Assembly: GCA_963665525.1 (NCBI GenBank)
Contig: OY762280.1
Span: forward strand, 3,597,410-3,661,409
DNA: 64,000 nucleotides
Source of the DNA: Bacteroidales bacterium
Lineage (GTDB): Bacteria > Bacteroidota > Bacteroidia > Bacteroidales > UBA12077
Direction: 5' to 3'
A program made the position numbers and the translations under genes. Below the pieces are notes generated by a model, which was given only the letters and a program-made list of their open reading frames with translations, ran no database searches and was not told the DNA's origin. Positions 1 through 9,623 of the stretch are shown here, piece by piece; position 1 is the stretch's first letter, and every line of letters begins with the position of its first letter.

Positions 1-112
1 TTGACTAAAATCTTGAAAAAAAGGTTACAAACCCTTTAACCGTAATTTTATACTTTCATAAATTTTGCTTTATTTGCATCTTTACTTTAAGGATAGCATG
101 AGGAAGAATTAA

Positions 113-3100
113 ATGGAATTTGAAAGAAGGTTAAAAAACAAAACGATACTCACAGTCATGATGGTGCTATTTATTTTATGTGCCATCTACTTTATGTTGG
201 GAATGAAAAATCAGAAAAAATACTCTGATTGGCAAATCCAGAAAGAAAATGCTTTAGTAAATCTTAAGATTAAAAACCTTTTTCAAACCACAAATCAGCT
301 CTATAGAGATAAAATACAGTTCTTTGTGAATAACCCTGAAATAAAAAAAGATTTTTATACTCAATCAGCTGATAATTTATATCGACGAATATTTCCTCTT
401 TATACTATTCTTAAATCGGAAGATCCTTATCATTTTGAGATTAACTTTTACACTGCCGACAATCGGTCTTTATTAAACATGGAAACAGGTGCTGGTAGTA
501 TTCACTCATCGCTCGACAAAAATTCTATTGCCTATAAGGTAAATCAAGAAAAGAGAAAAAAAACAGGCTTCGAAATTGATAAGTCATTATTGTATTACAA
601 AGTAGTTGAACCTGTTATTTACAAGGGGGAATACATTGGATGTGTTGAATTTGCAATTCGTGAAAACGAGGTTATCGATCATATTACTTCAAGTTTTAAT
701 ATTTCAGCCGCCAGCTTATTCAACACCGAAAATATTCATGAAAACATCTCTAGTAAGCTTAAATCATCTTATTTGATAAACAATATTCTTATTCATTCTA
801 TTTCTAATGAAGGTATTTATAAAGAAATAGCTAAAAGTGATCATTTAACATCCGGGAAATTTAAGTTTAATAACAAATACTACTATCTGAATATATTAAG
901 TGTTGAAAGTAATTTAAAAAAGGAAGGACTAGAAGGAATTATTTATGTGCGTGATATTACTAACTTACAAAATCAATTTCAAGCTACAATTTATAAATCA
1001 TTGTTAATTATATTCCTGATTTTTTTCTCTACTTATTTAATACTGCACTTTTCATTTAATACCATCATCCATAAAATCTTTAATTTACAGGATTCATTAG
1101 ATGAAAGGCTTGCACAAAAAACCAAAGAGATTGTAAATGCCAATGCAGAATTAAATCAGATATTTAATACTACTGGGAATAGTATGCGGCTTATCGATAC
1201 CGACTATAATATTATTCGTGTAAATAGAGCATTCACCAGTATGTCAGGTATTAGTAAAGAAGATGCAGAAGGAAAAAAATGCTTTAACATTTTTCCGGGT
1301 CCTTATTGTCACACTGCCGAATGTCCATTGAATAGAATAAAAGAAGGCGAAGAAAGAGTTGAACAAGATATCAAGAAGAAAAATAAACAAGACAAAATTA
1401 TTCCGGGAATCTTAACTGCTGTTTCTTTTAAAGGTCAGAATGGAGAAATTTTGGGAATCATTGAAGATTTTAAGGATATTTCAAAACGTGTTGAAGCAGA
1501 AAATGCTAAACTAAAAGCTGAGCAGCGCTTTTCTATTTTTATGGATAATCTACCGCTGGGAGTATTTATTAAAGATGAAAATCTTAAGTCTGTGTATATA
1601 AACAAGTATATGGATTGGATATATCCTATTGAAGAGTGTCAGAACAAAACACCACAAGAAATCTTTCCTGCAGAATATGCTAAACGTGTACTTGAAGAAG
1701 ATAAGCGAGTGTTAAATGGCGAAGTTTTAGTCGTTGAAGACAACCTTCCAAATCAATTAGGCGAGCTTAGGTACTATCAAACGCATAAATTCAGATTTAG
1801 AGGCGATCATAATAAATGGCAAATTGGAGGTGTTTCCATTGATATTACTAAACGTAAAAAAGCAGAACATAAGCTTAGGATATTATCTAATGCTATTCAG
1901 CACTCTCCAGCTTGTGTTATTATAACTGATTTGGAAGGTAAAATAGAAATTGTTAATCCAAGTTTTACTCAAATTACAGGGTATTCTTCAGATGATATTG
2001 TAGGAAAAGATATAAGTATTCTTCATTCGAACTCAAACTCCAGCAAGAAATTTAACGATATTATCTCCACTTTAATTCAAGGGCAAGATTGGCAAGGAGA
2101 ATTTCATAATAAAAAGAAAAATGGAGAAAATTATTGGGAATTAGCATCTATTTCTCCTGTCCTGAATGATAAACAAGAAATTACTCATTTTGTAGTGATC
2201 TCTGAAAATATCACTTCAAGAAAAAGAAACGAAAAAGAGCTTATCGATGCAAAAGAAAAAGCAGAAGAATCTAATCGATTAAAAACAGCTTTCCTTGCTA
2301 ATTTATCGCATGAGATAAGAACTCCCATGAATGCTATCATTGGCTTTTCAAGTTTACTTATGGATGAAGATATATCTTATGAAGAGAAAGTTAAGTTAAA
2401 CAAACTCATCAATGCAAATAGTCTTAACCTGCTTAAACTTATTGATGATGTTATAGATATATCAAAAATACAATCAGGAGATATCGAATTAAATAAAACA
2501 AAATGTTATTTAAATAAACTCCTTCTTGATCTTTATGTTTCCTTTAGTGTTCAAATTGAAAATGATAACAGTAAGCAAATTCATCTTTCAATGAATAAAG
2601 GCTCAAGAGATAACGACTTTTCATTAATCAGCGATCCTATTCGAATTAGACAAATTTTACACAACCTGATTGAAAATGCTGTAAAATTTACTACAAAAGG
2701 CTTCGTTGAATTTGGCTATACCATCATAGAAGAGGAAAATAAAATTCAGTTTTATGTTATCGACTCAGGAATAGGTATCTCTAATGAAAAATTTGATCTT
2801 ATTTATGACTTGTTCCGTCAAGCAGATGAATCTTTTACACGCGAATATGGAGGTACAGGAATAGGCTTAACAATTGCAAAAAGTATTGTTGATCATCTGG
2901 GTGGTGAAATCTGGATTCAATCAACACCAAATCAGGGCACAAATATTTACTTCACTTTACCATTTGAAAGTTCCGAGTCGAAATTTGTATCGGCAGAACA
3001 TGATTTAACCTTAAATCAGTTTGACTGGAAAAATAAAGTTGTTGTTGTTGCTGATGATATTGACATTAACTATAAATTAATTGAAGAAATTCTTATACCT

Positions 3101-3397
3101 ACTAAAGCAAAGATTATTTGGGCTAAAGATGGAAATGAAGCTGTTGAAATTTGTTTAAACAATGATGATATTGATTTGGTTTTAATGGATATCAATATGC
3201 CGGGAATGGATGGTTTTGAAGCAACACAAAAAATAAAAGCACATAAACAGAAAGTAAAAATTATTGGTCAAACAGCATATCCTGAAGATGATGATGAAGA
3301 AAGATATTTAAATGCAGGATTTGATAATTACATTGTAAAACCAATAAAAATAGATACTTTACTTTCAGTTATAAATAATATTTTTTCACAAAATTAA
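113..3397 (+). CDS. Hybrid sensor histidine kinase/response regulator (TM, periplasmic domain, TM, about 3 PAS, HisKA, HATPase_c, REC)
   Basis: N-terminal TM (ILTVMMVLFILCAIYFML) and a second TM near aa 295-315. H-box LANLSHEIRTPMNAIIG. HATPase motifs HNLIENAVKFT, DSGIGI and GGTGIGL. C-terminal receiver VVVADDIDINY...DLVLMDINMPGMDG...VKP. Confidence 0.9.
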   Translation: MEFERRLKNKTILTVMMVLFILCAIYFMLGMKNQKKYSDWQIQKENALVNLKIKNLFQTTNQLYRDKIQFFVNNPEIKKDFYTQSADNLYRRIFPLYTILKSEDPYHFEINFYTADNRSLLNMETGAGSIHSSLDKNSIAYKVNQEKRKKTGFEIDKSLLYYKVVEPVIYKGEYIGCVEFAIRENEVIDHITSSFNISAASLFNTENIHENISSKLKSSYLINNILIHSISNEGIYKEIAKSDHLTSGKFKFNNKYYYLNILSVESNLKKEGLEGIIYVRDITNLQNQFQATIYKSLLIIFLIFFSTYLILHFSFNTIIHKIFNLQDSLDERLAQKTKEIVNANAELNQIFNTTGNSMRLIDTDYNIIRVNRAFTSMSGISKEDAEGKKCFNIFPGPYCHTAECPLNRIKEGEERVEQDIKKKNKQDKIIPGILTAVSFKGQNGEILGIIEDFKDISKRVEAENAKLKAEQRFSIFMDNLPLGVFIKDENLKSVYINKYMDWIYPIEECQNKTPQEIFPAEYAKRVLEEDKRVLNGEVLVVEDNLPNQLGELRYYQTHKFRFRGDHNKWQIGGVSIDITKRKKAEHKLRILSNAIQHSPACVIITDLEGKIEIVNPSFTQITGYSSDDIVGKDISILHSNSNSSKKFNDIISTLIQGQDWQGEFHNKKKNGENYWELASISPVLNDKQEITHFVVISENITSRKRNEKELIDAKEKAEESNRLKTAFLANLSHEIRTPMNAIIGFSSLLMDEDISYEEKVKLNKLINANSLNLLKLIDDVIDISKIQSGDIELNKTKCYLNKLLLDLYVSFSVQIENDNSKQIHLSMNKGSRDNDFSLISDPIRIRQILHNLIENAVKFTTKGFVEFGYTIIEEENKIQFYVIDSGIGISNEKFDLIYDLFRQADESFTREYGGTGIGLTIAKSIVDHLGGEIWIQSTPNQGTNIYFTLPFESSESKFVSAEHDLTLNQFDWKNKVVVVADDIDINYKLIEEILIPTKAKIIWAKDGNEAVEICLNNDDIDLVLMDINMPGMDGFEATQKIKAHKQKVKIIGQTAYPEDDDEERYLNAGFDNYIVKPIKIDTLLSVINNIFSQN

Positions 3398-3464
3398 ACT
3401 GTGATAATAACGTTATTTAATAAAATTCTCTATTAAGCTGTAATTTAATGTATTAAATTTTTAT

Positions 3465-3472
3465 TACATTTG
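3465..3472 (+). promoter_or_regulatory. Candidate Bacteroidota sigma-A -7 box (TACATTTG, consensus TAnnTTTG)
   Basis: Exact match to TAnnTTTG, 51 nt upstream of the ATG at 3523. Confidence 0.35.
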
Positions 3473-3522
3473 TTCAGATGTAGTTACTTTTATTTAAATG
3501 AACCGCTAATAAAAACAAGATC

Positions 3523-4653
3523 ATGATCGCAACCTACATTCAGGAATTACTTGCTACAAATAACAGGGTAATAGTGCCTAACTATGGAGCATTTTTGGTT
3601 AGGGCTACTTCAAAAAGCAAGGACGCGAATACTTTAGAAGAAAAACTAAAAGATATTTATTTCAGCCCCTTTCTTAAGTTTAATGATGAACTTCTTGAAA
3701 AATATGTTATCAAGAAAGAAGGGGTAAGCAAAGAGCAAGCAGCTCAAAAAATAACAGAGTTTATCGATGCGGTTAAAAAAGAACTTGAACAGGAAAAACC
3801 TTATGTAATTAAAGGTTTTGGCGAATTTGTTGCAGATAAACAAGGAAAAGTTCAGTTTAATACCGTTACAAAAGAAATTACTGAAACAAAACCTGCTGAA
3901 GCTAAAGAAGAAAAGAAACCTGCAACAAAAACAACAAGTACTAAAAAAGCAACTACAACTAAAAAAGCAGCTGAGAAAAAAGAGGAAGAAAAACCTAAAG
4001 CTGCTCCGGTAAAGGAAGAAAAGAAAGAAATCGTATTAGAAGAGTTTAAAGACGAGAAAAAAGAAACTGCTGCCCCTAAAACCACTACTCCAACTAAACC
4101 AATTTACAGTTATAAAAGAGAAAAGAAACCTGTGAATAAAGGTTTAGTATGGGCAATTGCTATTGGAGTACCTGTAGCTGCTGTCTTTGTATGGGCATTA
4201 TTAAATTTCTCTACTATTAAAAAAGTTCTTCATAAAGATAAAGCCAAAACAGAACAAGTTGCTAAAAAGAAAAAAACTACTACAACTAAAAAAACAGCAA
4301 CTAAACCGGCGACTAAGCAAACAAAAGAACCTGCAGAAACAACAAAAACAGCAACGAAACAACCAACAGCTAAGGCTGAACCTAAAGCCCGTCCGGCAGG
4401 CGGGGAAGTTAAAAAGCCTGTTGTTCCTCAAAAGAAATATTACATCATTGCCGGAAGTTTTAAAAATGAAAAATATGCTAATGCATTTTTAAATAAATTA
4501 AAAGCGGAAGGATATAATGCAGAAAAACTGGAACAAAGAAATGGAATGCACGCAGTAAGCTACAATTCATTTGCTGATAAGAAAAAAGCCATAGCAGAAT
4601 ACAAATTCCTTGCACAAGAAAAAGGATTACAAGCTTGGATTTTATATTATTAA
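3523..4653 (+). CDS. HU-like (HU-CCDC81-type) N-terminal domain, low-complexity linker, TM, and C-terminal SPOR peptidoglycan-binding domain
   Basis: N-terminus MIATYIQELLATNNRVIVPNYGAFLV resembles bacterial HU-CCDC81 domains. The linker is K/T/E/A/P-rich. One TM (GLVWAIAIGVPVAAVFVWALLNF). C-terminus KKYYIIAGSFKNEKYANAFLNKLKAEGYNAEK...AVSYNSF is SPOR-like. Confidence 0.75.
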   Translation: MIATYIQELLATNNRVIVPNYGAFLVRATSKSKDANTLEEKLKDIYFSPFLKFNDELLEKYVIKKEGVSKEQAAQKITEFIDAVKKELEQEKPYVIKGFGEFVADKQGKVQFNTVTKEITETKPAEAKEEKKPATKTTSTKKATTTKKAAEKKEEEKPKAAPVKEEKKEIVLEEFKDEKKETAAPKTTTPTKPIYSYKREKKPVNKGLVWAIAIGVPVAAVFVWALLNFSTIKKVLHKDKAKTEQVAKKKKTTTTKKTATKPATKQTKEPAETTKTATKQPTAKAEPKARPAGGEVKKPVVPQKKYYIIAGSFKNEKYANAFLNKLKAEGYNAEKLEQRNGMHAVSYNSFADKKKAIAEYKFLAQEKGLQAWILYY

Positions 4654-4675
4654 ACCAAAATTTAATATATGCTGA

Positions 4676-4700
4676 AAGCCACATGTCATGTGGCTTTTTT
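4676..4700 (+). terminator. Rho-independent terminator
   Basis: Stem agccacat/atgtggct with loop gtc, followed by a T-run, 23 nt after the stop codon. Confidence 0.7.
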
Positions 4701-4764
4701 TATACTTGTCAAAAAAAAATCAATTTGTAAAAACAAAATCAACTCTACATATTCAATTTTTGCT

Positions 4765-4771
4765 TAATTTG
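4765..4771 (+). promoter_or_regulatory. Candidate -7 box (TAATTTG)
   Basis: TAnnTTTG match about 30 nt upstream of the ATG at 4802. Confidence 0.4.
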
Positions 4772-4801
4772 CATTTTTAATCAACCTTTATCTTTATATG
4801 A

Positions 4802-6193
4802 ATGAAAATTAAGTATCTTGATTTAATTGAGCAAACTTTTGACTTTCCACAACAAGAGTTTGAACTAGATGGTGATAATTTACTATTTCACAAAATTCCA
4901 TTAATGGATATGATTCAAAAATACGGAACACCATTAAAATTTACTTATTTACCACAAATTTCGAATCAAATACAAAAAACGAAGTCATGGTTTAAGAGTG
5001 CCATGAAAAAGGTAAATTATAAAAGTAAATACCATTACTGCTATTGTACAAAAAGTTCACATTTTAGGCATATTTTACATGAAGCACTTAAAAATGATAT
5101 TCATATTGAAACCTCATCTGCTTACGATATAAATATTGTTGAACAACTTTATAAAGAAAAGAAAATTACCAAATCAAGCTATATTATTTGTAATGGTTTT
5201 AAACGGGACCAATATATTGAAAACATTGCCCGTTTAATAAATAATGGTTTTGAAAATACAATTCCGGTTATTGATAATTATAAAGAACTCGATCGGCTAG
5301 AAGAATTAATCGACGTTCCATTTGAAGTAGGAATCAGAATTGCTTCAGAAGAAGAACCAAAATTTGAATTTTATACTTCACGTTTAGGAATTGGATATAA
5401 GAACATTGTTAATTTTTATCTTAAACAAATTAAAGAAAATCCTAACATTAAACTCAAAATGTTGCATTTTTTTATTAATACAGGTATTAAAGATAATGCA
5501 TACTACTGGAGTGAATTAGTAAAGTGTTTAAATGTTTATGGTGAACTTAAAAAGGTTTGTCCTGAACTGGATTCCTTAAATATTGGAGGAGGATTTCCAA
5601 TTAAAAACTCACTCTCGTTTGATTACGATTATGAGTATATGGCCGATGAAATCATTTTACAAATAAAAACTTATTGCGAGGCCAATAATTTAAAAGAACC
5701 TCATATATTTACTGAGTTTGGTTCTTTTACTGTTGGCGAAAGCGGAGGTATTATTTATTCTGTTCTAGGTCAGAAAAAACAAAACGACCGGGAAGCATGG
5801 AATATGATCGACAGCTCATTTATGACAACATTACCTGATAGTTGGGCTATTAATAAGCGATTCATCATGTTACCAATAAACAGGTGGAACAGTACTTATG
5901 AACGTGTTTTTTTAGGAGGATTAACTTGCGATAGCGACGATTACTATAATTCAGAACAACATAGTAATGCAATCTATTTGCCGAAATTTGATCAGAATAA
6001 TACGCTATATATAGGTTTCTTTAATACCGGTGCTTATCAGGATACTTTAGGAGGTTATGGGGGTTTACAGCATTGTTTAATTCCAGGGCCACAGCATATT
6101 ATCATTGATAAAGATTCTAAAGGTAATTTTACCACTTCTCTTTTTTCAAAAGAGCAGGCTCCTAATGATATGCTTAAAATTTTAGGTTACTAA
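4802..6193 (+). CDS. Type III PLP-dependent (alanine-racemase-fold) basic amino acid decarboxylase, probably arginine decarboxylase (short form)
   Basis: Orn/DAP/Arg decarboxylase-like blocks: YCYCTKSS around the PLP lysine, LNIGGGFP, EFGSF, GGLTCDSDD. It lies immediately upstream of an agmatinase gene. Confidence 0.7.
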   Translation: MKIKYLDLIEQTFDFPQQEFELDGDNLLFHKIPLMDMIQKYGTPLKFTYLPQISNQIQKTKSWFKSAMKKVNYKSKYHYCYCTKSSHFRHILHEALKNDIHIETSSAYDINIVEQLYKEKKITKSSYIICNGFKRDQYIENIARLINNGFENTIPVIDNYKELDRLEELIDVPFEVGIRIASEEEPKFEFYTSRLGIGYKNIVNFYLKQIKENPNIKLKMLHFFINTGIKDNAYYWSELVKCLNVYGELKKVCPELDSLNIGGGFPIKNSLSFDYDYEYMADEIILQIKTYCEANNLKEPHIFTEFGSFTVGESGGIIYSVLGQKKQNDREAWNMIDSSFMTTLPDSWAINKRFIMLPINRWNSTYERVFLGGLTCDSDDYYNSEQHSNAIYLPKFDQNNTLYIGFFNTGAYQDTLGGYGGLQHCLIPGPQHIIIDKDSKGNFTTSLFSKEQAPNDMLKILGY

Positions 6194-6206
6194 TCCTGAT
6201 CATAAT

Positions 6207-7061
6207 ATGAATTACGCTGGAATACCTGATAAATATGCTCAGCTGGAATCATCTAAAATAGTTTTGATTCCTGTTCCTTATGATGGAACAAGCACATGGA
6301 TTAAAGGTGCAGATAAAGGTCCAGATGCCTTTCTTGAAGCATCGGAAAACATGGAAATATACGATATTGAAACAGATTCTGAAGTTTACAAACAAGGCGT
6401 TTTTTTGGCGAATCCTGTAACAGAAAACAAATCTCCAGAAAGGATGGTTGATGCAGTTTATAAAACTGCATCAGAATATATCAAACAAGGAAAATTTGTA
6501 ACTCTCTTTGGAGGAGAACATTCGGTAAGTATTGGATCAATACGTGCTTTTCGTGAAAATTTTGAACAGCTTACAGTACTTCAATTCGACGCTCATGCCG
6601 ACCTTCGACCTGAATATGAAGAATCTAAATGTAATCATGCCTGTGCTGTTCACGAAGCACAACATACAACCAATCTTATTCAGATTGGGATTCGCAGCAT
6701 GGATACCGTGGAAAAACCTTTCTTAAAAAAGGAAAACTGTTTTTTTGCCAATGAAATTTTTGCTAATCCTGACTGGATGAATCAAGCCCTGGGGAAAATA
6801 ACCGAAAATGTTTTTATTACCATTGATTTGGATGTTTTTGATTCGTCGATCATGCCATCAACTGGAACCCCAGAACCCGGAGGATTGAACTGGTACCAGG
6901 TAGTTGATTTTATAAGATTAGTCGTAAAAAATAAGAATGTAGTAGGATTTGATATCATGGAACTCTGTCCGAATAAAATAAATAAAGGACCTGATTTCCT
7001 TGCTGCAAAGCTTTATTATAAAATATTAAGTTACGTGTTTAACAATTCAAAATTAGCTTAG
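6207..7061 (+). CDS. speB: Agmatinase (ureohydrolase/arginase family)
   Basis: Mn-binding ureohydrolase motifs GGEHSVS, DAHADLR and DLDVFD, plus MELCP. Gene context is ADC upstream and a DHS-like gene downstream. Confidence 0.8.
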   Translation: MNYAGIPDKYAQLESSKIVLIPVPYDGTSTWIKGADKGPDAFLEASENMEIYDIETDSEVYKQGVFLANPVTENKSPERMVDAVYKTASEYIKQGKFVTLFGGEHSVSIGSIRAFRENFEQLTVLQFDAHADLRPEYEESKCNHACAVHEAQHTTNLIQIGIRSMDTVEKPFLKKENCFFANEIFANPDWMNQALGKITENVFITIDLDVFDSSIMPSTGTPEPGGLNWYQVVDFIRLVVKNKNVVGFDIMELCPNKINKGPDFLAAKLYYKILSYVFNNSKLA

Positions 7062-7063
7062 TT

Positions 7064-8038
7064 ATGGAAAGAAATACCATATCAAAATTTATTGAAGATC
7101 ATTTTTTACATTTTAATGCTGCAGCACTTAAAGATGCTGCAATAGGCTATGAAAAACATTTAGCAGAAGGTGGAAAAATGATGATTACTCTTGCCGGAGC
7201 AATGAGTACTGGAGAGCTTGGGAAAAGTTTAGCTGAGATGATTCGTCAGGATAAAGTACAGATCATTTCTTGTACAGGAGCTAATCTTGAAGAAGATATC
7301 ATGAATCTTGTAGCACATTCCCACTATAAACGTGTACCAGAATACAGGGATTTATCGCCTAAACAAGAGTGGGAATTATTAGAAAAAGGATTGAATCGTG
7401 TAACTGATACTTGTATACCTGAAGAAGAAGCTTTCAGACGTTTACAACAACATATCTATGAAATTTGGAAAGAAGCTGACAAAAAAGGGGAAAGATATTT
7501 TCCACATGAATACATGTATAAAATGTTACTTTCAGGAGTATTAGAACAATACTACGAAATTGATCCTAAAAACTCATGGATGTTAGCAGCTGCAGAAAAG
7601 AACTTGCCAATTGTTGTTCCCGGATGGGAAGACAGTACTATGGGTAATATCTTTGCATCATACTGCATTAAAGAACAGTTAAAACCATCAACTATGAAAT
7701 CAGGTATTGAATACATGACTTGGCTAGCCAATTGGTATACCAATAATTCTGATGGAAAAGGAATTGGTTTCTTCCAGATTGGAGGTGGAATAGCCGGTGA
7801 TTTCCCTATTTGTGTAGTCCCAATGTTATACCAGGATTTAGAAAAAGAAGATACTCCTTTCTGGAGTTATTTCTGCCAGATTTCTGATTCAACTACAAGT
7901 TATGGTTCTTACTCAGGGGCTGTGCCTAATGAAAAAATTACCTGGGGAAAACTGGATATTGACACCCCCAAATTTATTGTTGAATCCGATGCCACCATTG
8001 TTGCACCTTTAATTTTTGCCTGGCTACTTAACTGGTAA
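7064..8038 (+). CDS. Deoxyhypusine synthase family protein (bacterial DHS-like; possible homospermidine synthase)
   Basis: DHS-like blocks TLAGAMSTGELG, ISCTGANLEEDI, QIGGGIAGDFP, and the conserved catalytic-lysine context EKITWGKL (Lys codon at 7949-7951). Confidence 0.8.
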   Translation: MERNTISKFIEDHFLHFNAAALKDAAIGYEKHLAEGGKMMITLAGAMSTGELGKSLAEMIRQDKVQIISCTGANLEEDIMNLVAHSHYKRVPEYRDLSPKQEWELLEKGLNRVTDTCIPEEEAFRRLQQHIYEIWKEADKKGERYFPHEYMYKMLLSGVLEQYYEIDPKNSWMLAAAEKNLPIVVPGWEDSTMGNIFASYCIKEQLKPSTMKSGIEYMTWLANWYTNNSDGKGIGFFQIGGGIAGDFPICVVPMLYQDLEKEDTPFWSYFCQISDSTTSYGSYSGAVPNEKITWGKLDIDTPKFIVESDATIVAPLIFAWLLNW

Positions 8039-8058
8039 AATAAATCATTAATATATTT

Positions 8059-8089
8059 ATCCTTCATAAATCATTATGAAGGATTTTTT
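8059..8089 (+). terminator. Rho-independent terminator
   Basis: Stem atccttcataa/ttatgaaggat with loop atca, then TTTTTT. Confidence 0.75.
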
Positions 8090-8093
8090 GTCT

Positions 8094-8100
8094 TAATTTG
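8094..8100 (+). promoter_or_regulatory. Candidate -7 box (TAATTTG)
   Basis: TAnnTTTG match 38 nt upstream of the ATG at 8138. Confidence 0.4.
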
Positions 8101-8137
8101 CAAATGATATCTGCTCTTTAACGATTATTAATTTAAT

Positions 8138-9217
8138 ATGAAAGATTTAAAGACAACCAATTCGCTTTTACTAATCATTGTAATACCACTGATTTTTTAT
8201 TTACTAAAGATCTTATCTTTTATTTTTATTCCTCTCATATTGTCAATGTTTATCGCATTGTTATTTCTGCCAATAATGCGTTGGTTTAAAAGAAAAAAAT
8301 TCCCCAAATGGTTAAGTATTTTAATTATAATTCTATTAATCATAGGTTCAATAAAAGCTGGTGGTGAATTAATACGTTTATCAAGCAAAGAAATTCTTTC
8401 TGCTGATAATACCTTTTTTAAAAAAGCCGAAATCAAAATAAATGATGTGATTTTATCTGTTGAGCATTTCTTTGGACTGGAGCGGGTTGAAGGAGAAAAG
8501 GTGCTTAATCACTACATTAATCAAGACAATATTATGGTCAATGTAAAATATGCTTTAACTTTTATTCGAAGTACATTATCCATTGTTTTAATGACAGCTT
8601 TCTTTGTTATTTTACTGCTAGCCGGCTCCGTTGATTTTCAAAAGTTACTTAACCAAACTCTTATAAAAGCCAAATACTCTTCGATGAAAGCATTTTTTAA
8701 AATAGAAAAAGATATCATCAAGTTTGTGAAAGTTAAATTTATAATCAGCCTGTTTACTGGTATTGGATTCAGTTTATCGTGCGTAATTTTCGGAGTTAGC
8801 TTTCCAATTTTCTGGGGCTTATTTGCCTTTGTTGTAAATTTCATTCAGATGATTGGATCGGTAATATCTATTATATTATTGGCATTATTTGCCTTTGTTG
8901 AACTGGATCCTACCGGAACTCTCCTCCTGTTTATAATGGTAATTATTGCTATACAAGTATTAATGGGAAGTGTTCTTGAACCAATTTTTATGGGAAAAAC
9001 GTTCTCTGTAAATGTAGTTACCATATTAATTATGTTAATGCTATGGGGATATATATGGGGCATCCCCGGGTTAATTATCTCTGTCCCAATGACAGTTATT
9101 ATTAAAATTATTTTGGAACAGTTCCCAAAGACAAAAATAATTGCCGACTTCTTATCCGGTAAAGATCCTAAAGTGCCGTTATTAATCAATAAGAATCTGA
9201 ACGATAAAAATAATTAA
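8138..9217 (+). CDS. AI-2E family (PerM/YdiK-like) transporter
   Basis: 359-aa polytopic membrane protein with about 8 TM segments. Topology and length are typical of the AI-2E/UPF0118 family. Confidence 0.65.
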   Translation: MKDLKTTNSLLLIIVIPLIFYLLKILSFIFIPLILSMFIALLFLPIMRWFKRKKFPKWLSILIIILLIIGSIKAGGELIRLSSKEILSADNTFFKKAEIKINDVILSVEHFFGLERVEGEKVLNHYINQDNIMVNVKYALTFIRSTLSIVLMTAFFVILLLAGSVDFQKLLNQTLIKAKYSSMKAFFKIEKDIIKFVKVKFIISLFTGIGFSLSCVIFGVSFPIFWGLFAFVVNFIQMIGSVISIILLALFAFVELDPTGTLLLFIMVIIAIQVLMGSVLEPIFMGKTFSVNVVTILIMLMLWGYIWGIPGLIISVPMTVIIKIILEQFPKTKIIADFLSGKDPKVPLLINKNLNDKNN

Positions 9218-9242
9218 CACCTGTATCAAAAATCATTTCCAA

Positions 9243-9575
9243 ATGAATACCAGCTCTTTATACTTAAACGAGAATCCAAGCTTAAAAGATTTTCAGGAAT
9301 ATGTGAAAAAATTAGAGAATGAACGTGGTTTTAGCAAACAAGATGTAATTCAAAAATGCCTGCTTTTGGGCGAAGAAATCGGCGAATTATTTAAAGCTGT
9401 TCGAAAAATGCAATCTATCAGCATTGATAAGCAAAACTCTAAAATAACCACTGTAGAAGAAGAACTAGCAGACATTCTTATATATATTTGCTCTATTGCA
9501 AACAGGTATAATATTAATCTTGAAGAAGCCTTCAGACATAAGGAAGAAATCAATAAAAAAAGAGTTTGGAGTTAA
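9243..9575 (+). CDS. MazG-like nucleotide pyrophosphohydrolase domain protein
   Basis: EEIGELFKAVRK ... EELADILIYICSIANRYNINLEEAF matches the EExxE/ExxD helix pair of the MazG family. Confidence 0.7.
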   Translation: MNTSSLYLNENPSLKDFQEYVKKLENERGFSKQDVIQKCLLLGEEIGELFKAVRKMQSISIDKQNSKITTVEEELADILIYICSIANRYNINLEEAFRHKEEINKKRVWS

Positions 9576-9588
9576 GTATATAAAAAGA

Positions 9589-9609
9589 AAGGGCTTATAA
9601 AAAGCCCTT
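9589..9609. terminator. Bidirectional hairpin terminator between convergent genes
   Basis: Stem aagggctt/aagccctt flanked by A-rich and T-rich runs, between the 9575 stop (+) and the 9624 stop (-). Confidence 0.6.
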
Positions 9610-9623
9610 CTATAATAAATCAG

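Noticed and set aside
3646-4684. Several 60-80-aa ORFs on both strands (3646-3843, 3818-4012, 3852-4085, 4201-4431, 4259-4492, 4478-4684) overlapping the HU-SPOR gene.
   Set aside because: They are composition artefacts of the AAG/AAA/ACA-rich low-complexity linker. The translations are monotonous (F/S/C-rich or K/Q/L-rich), and all lie inside a well-supported CDS.
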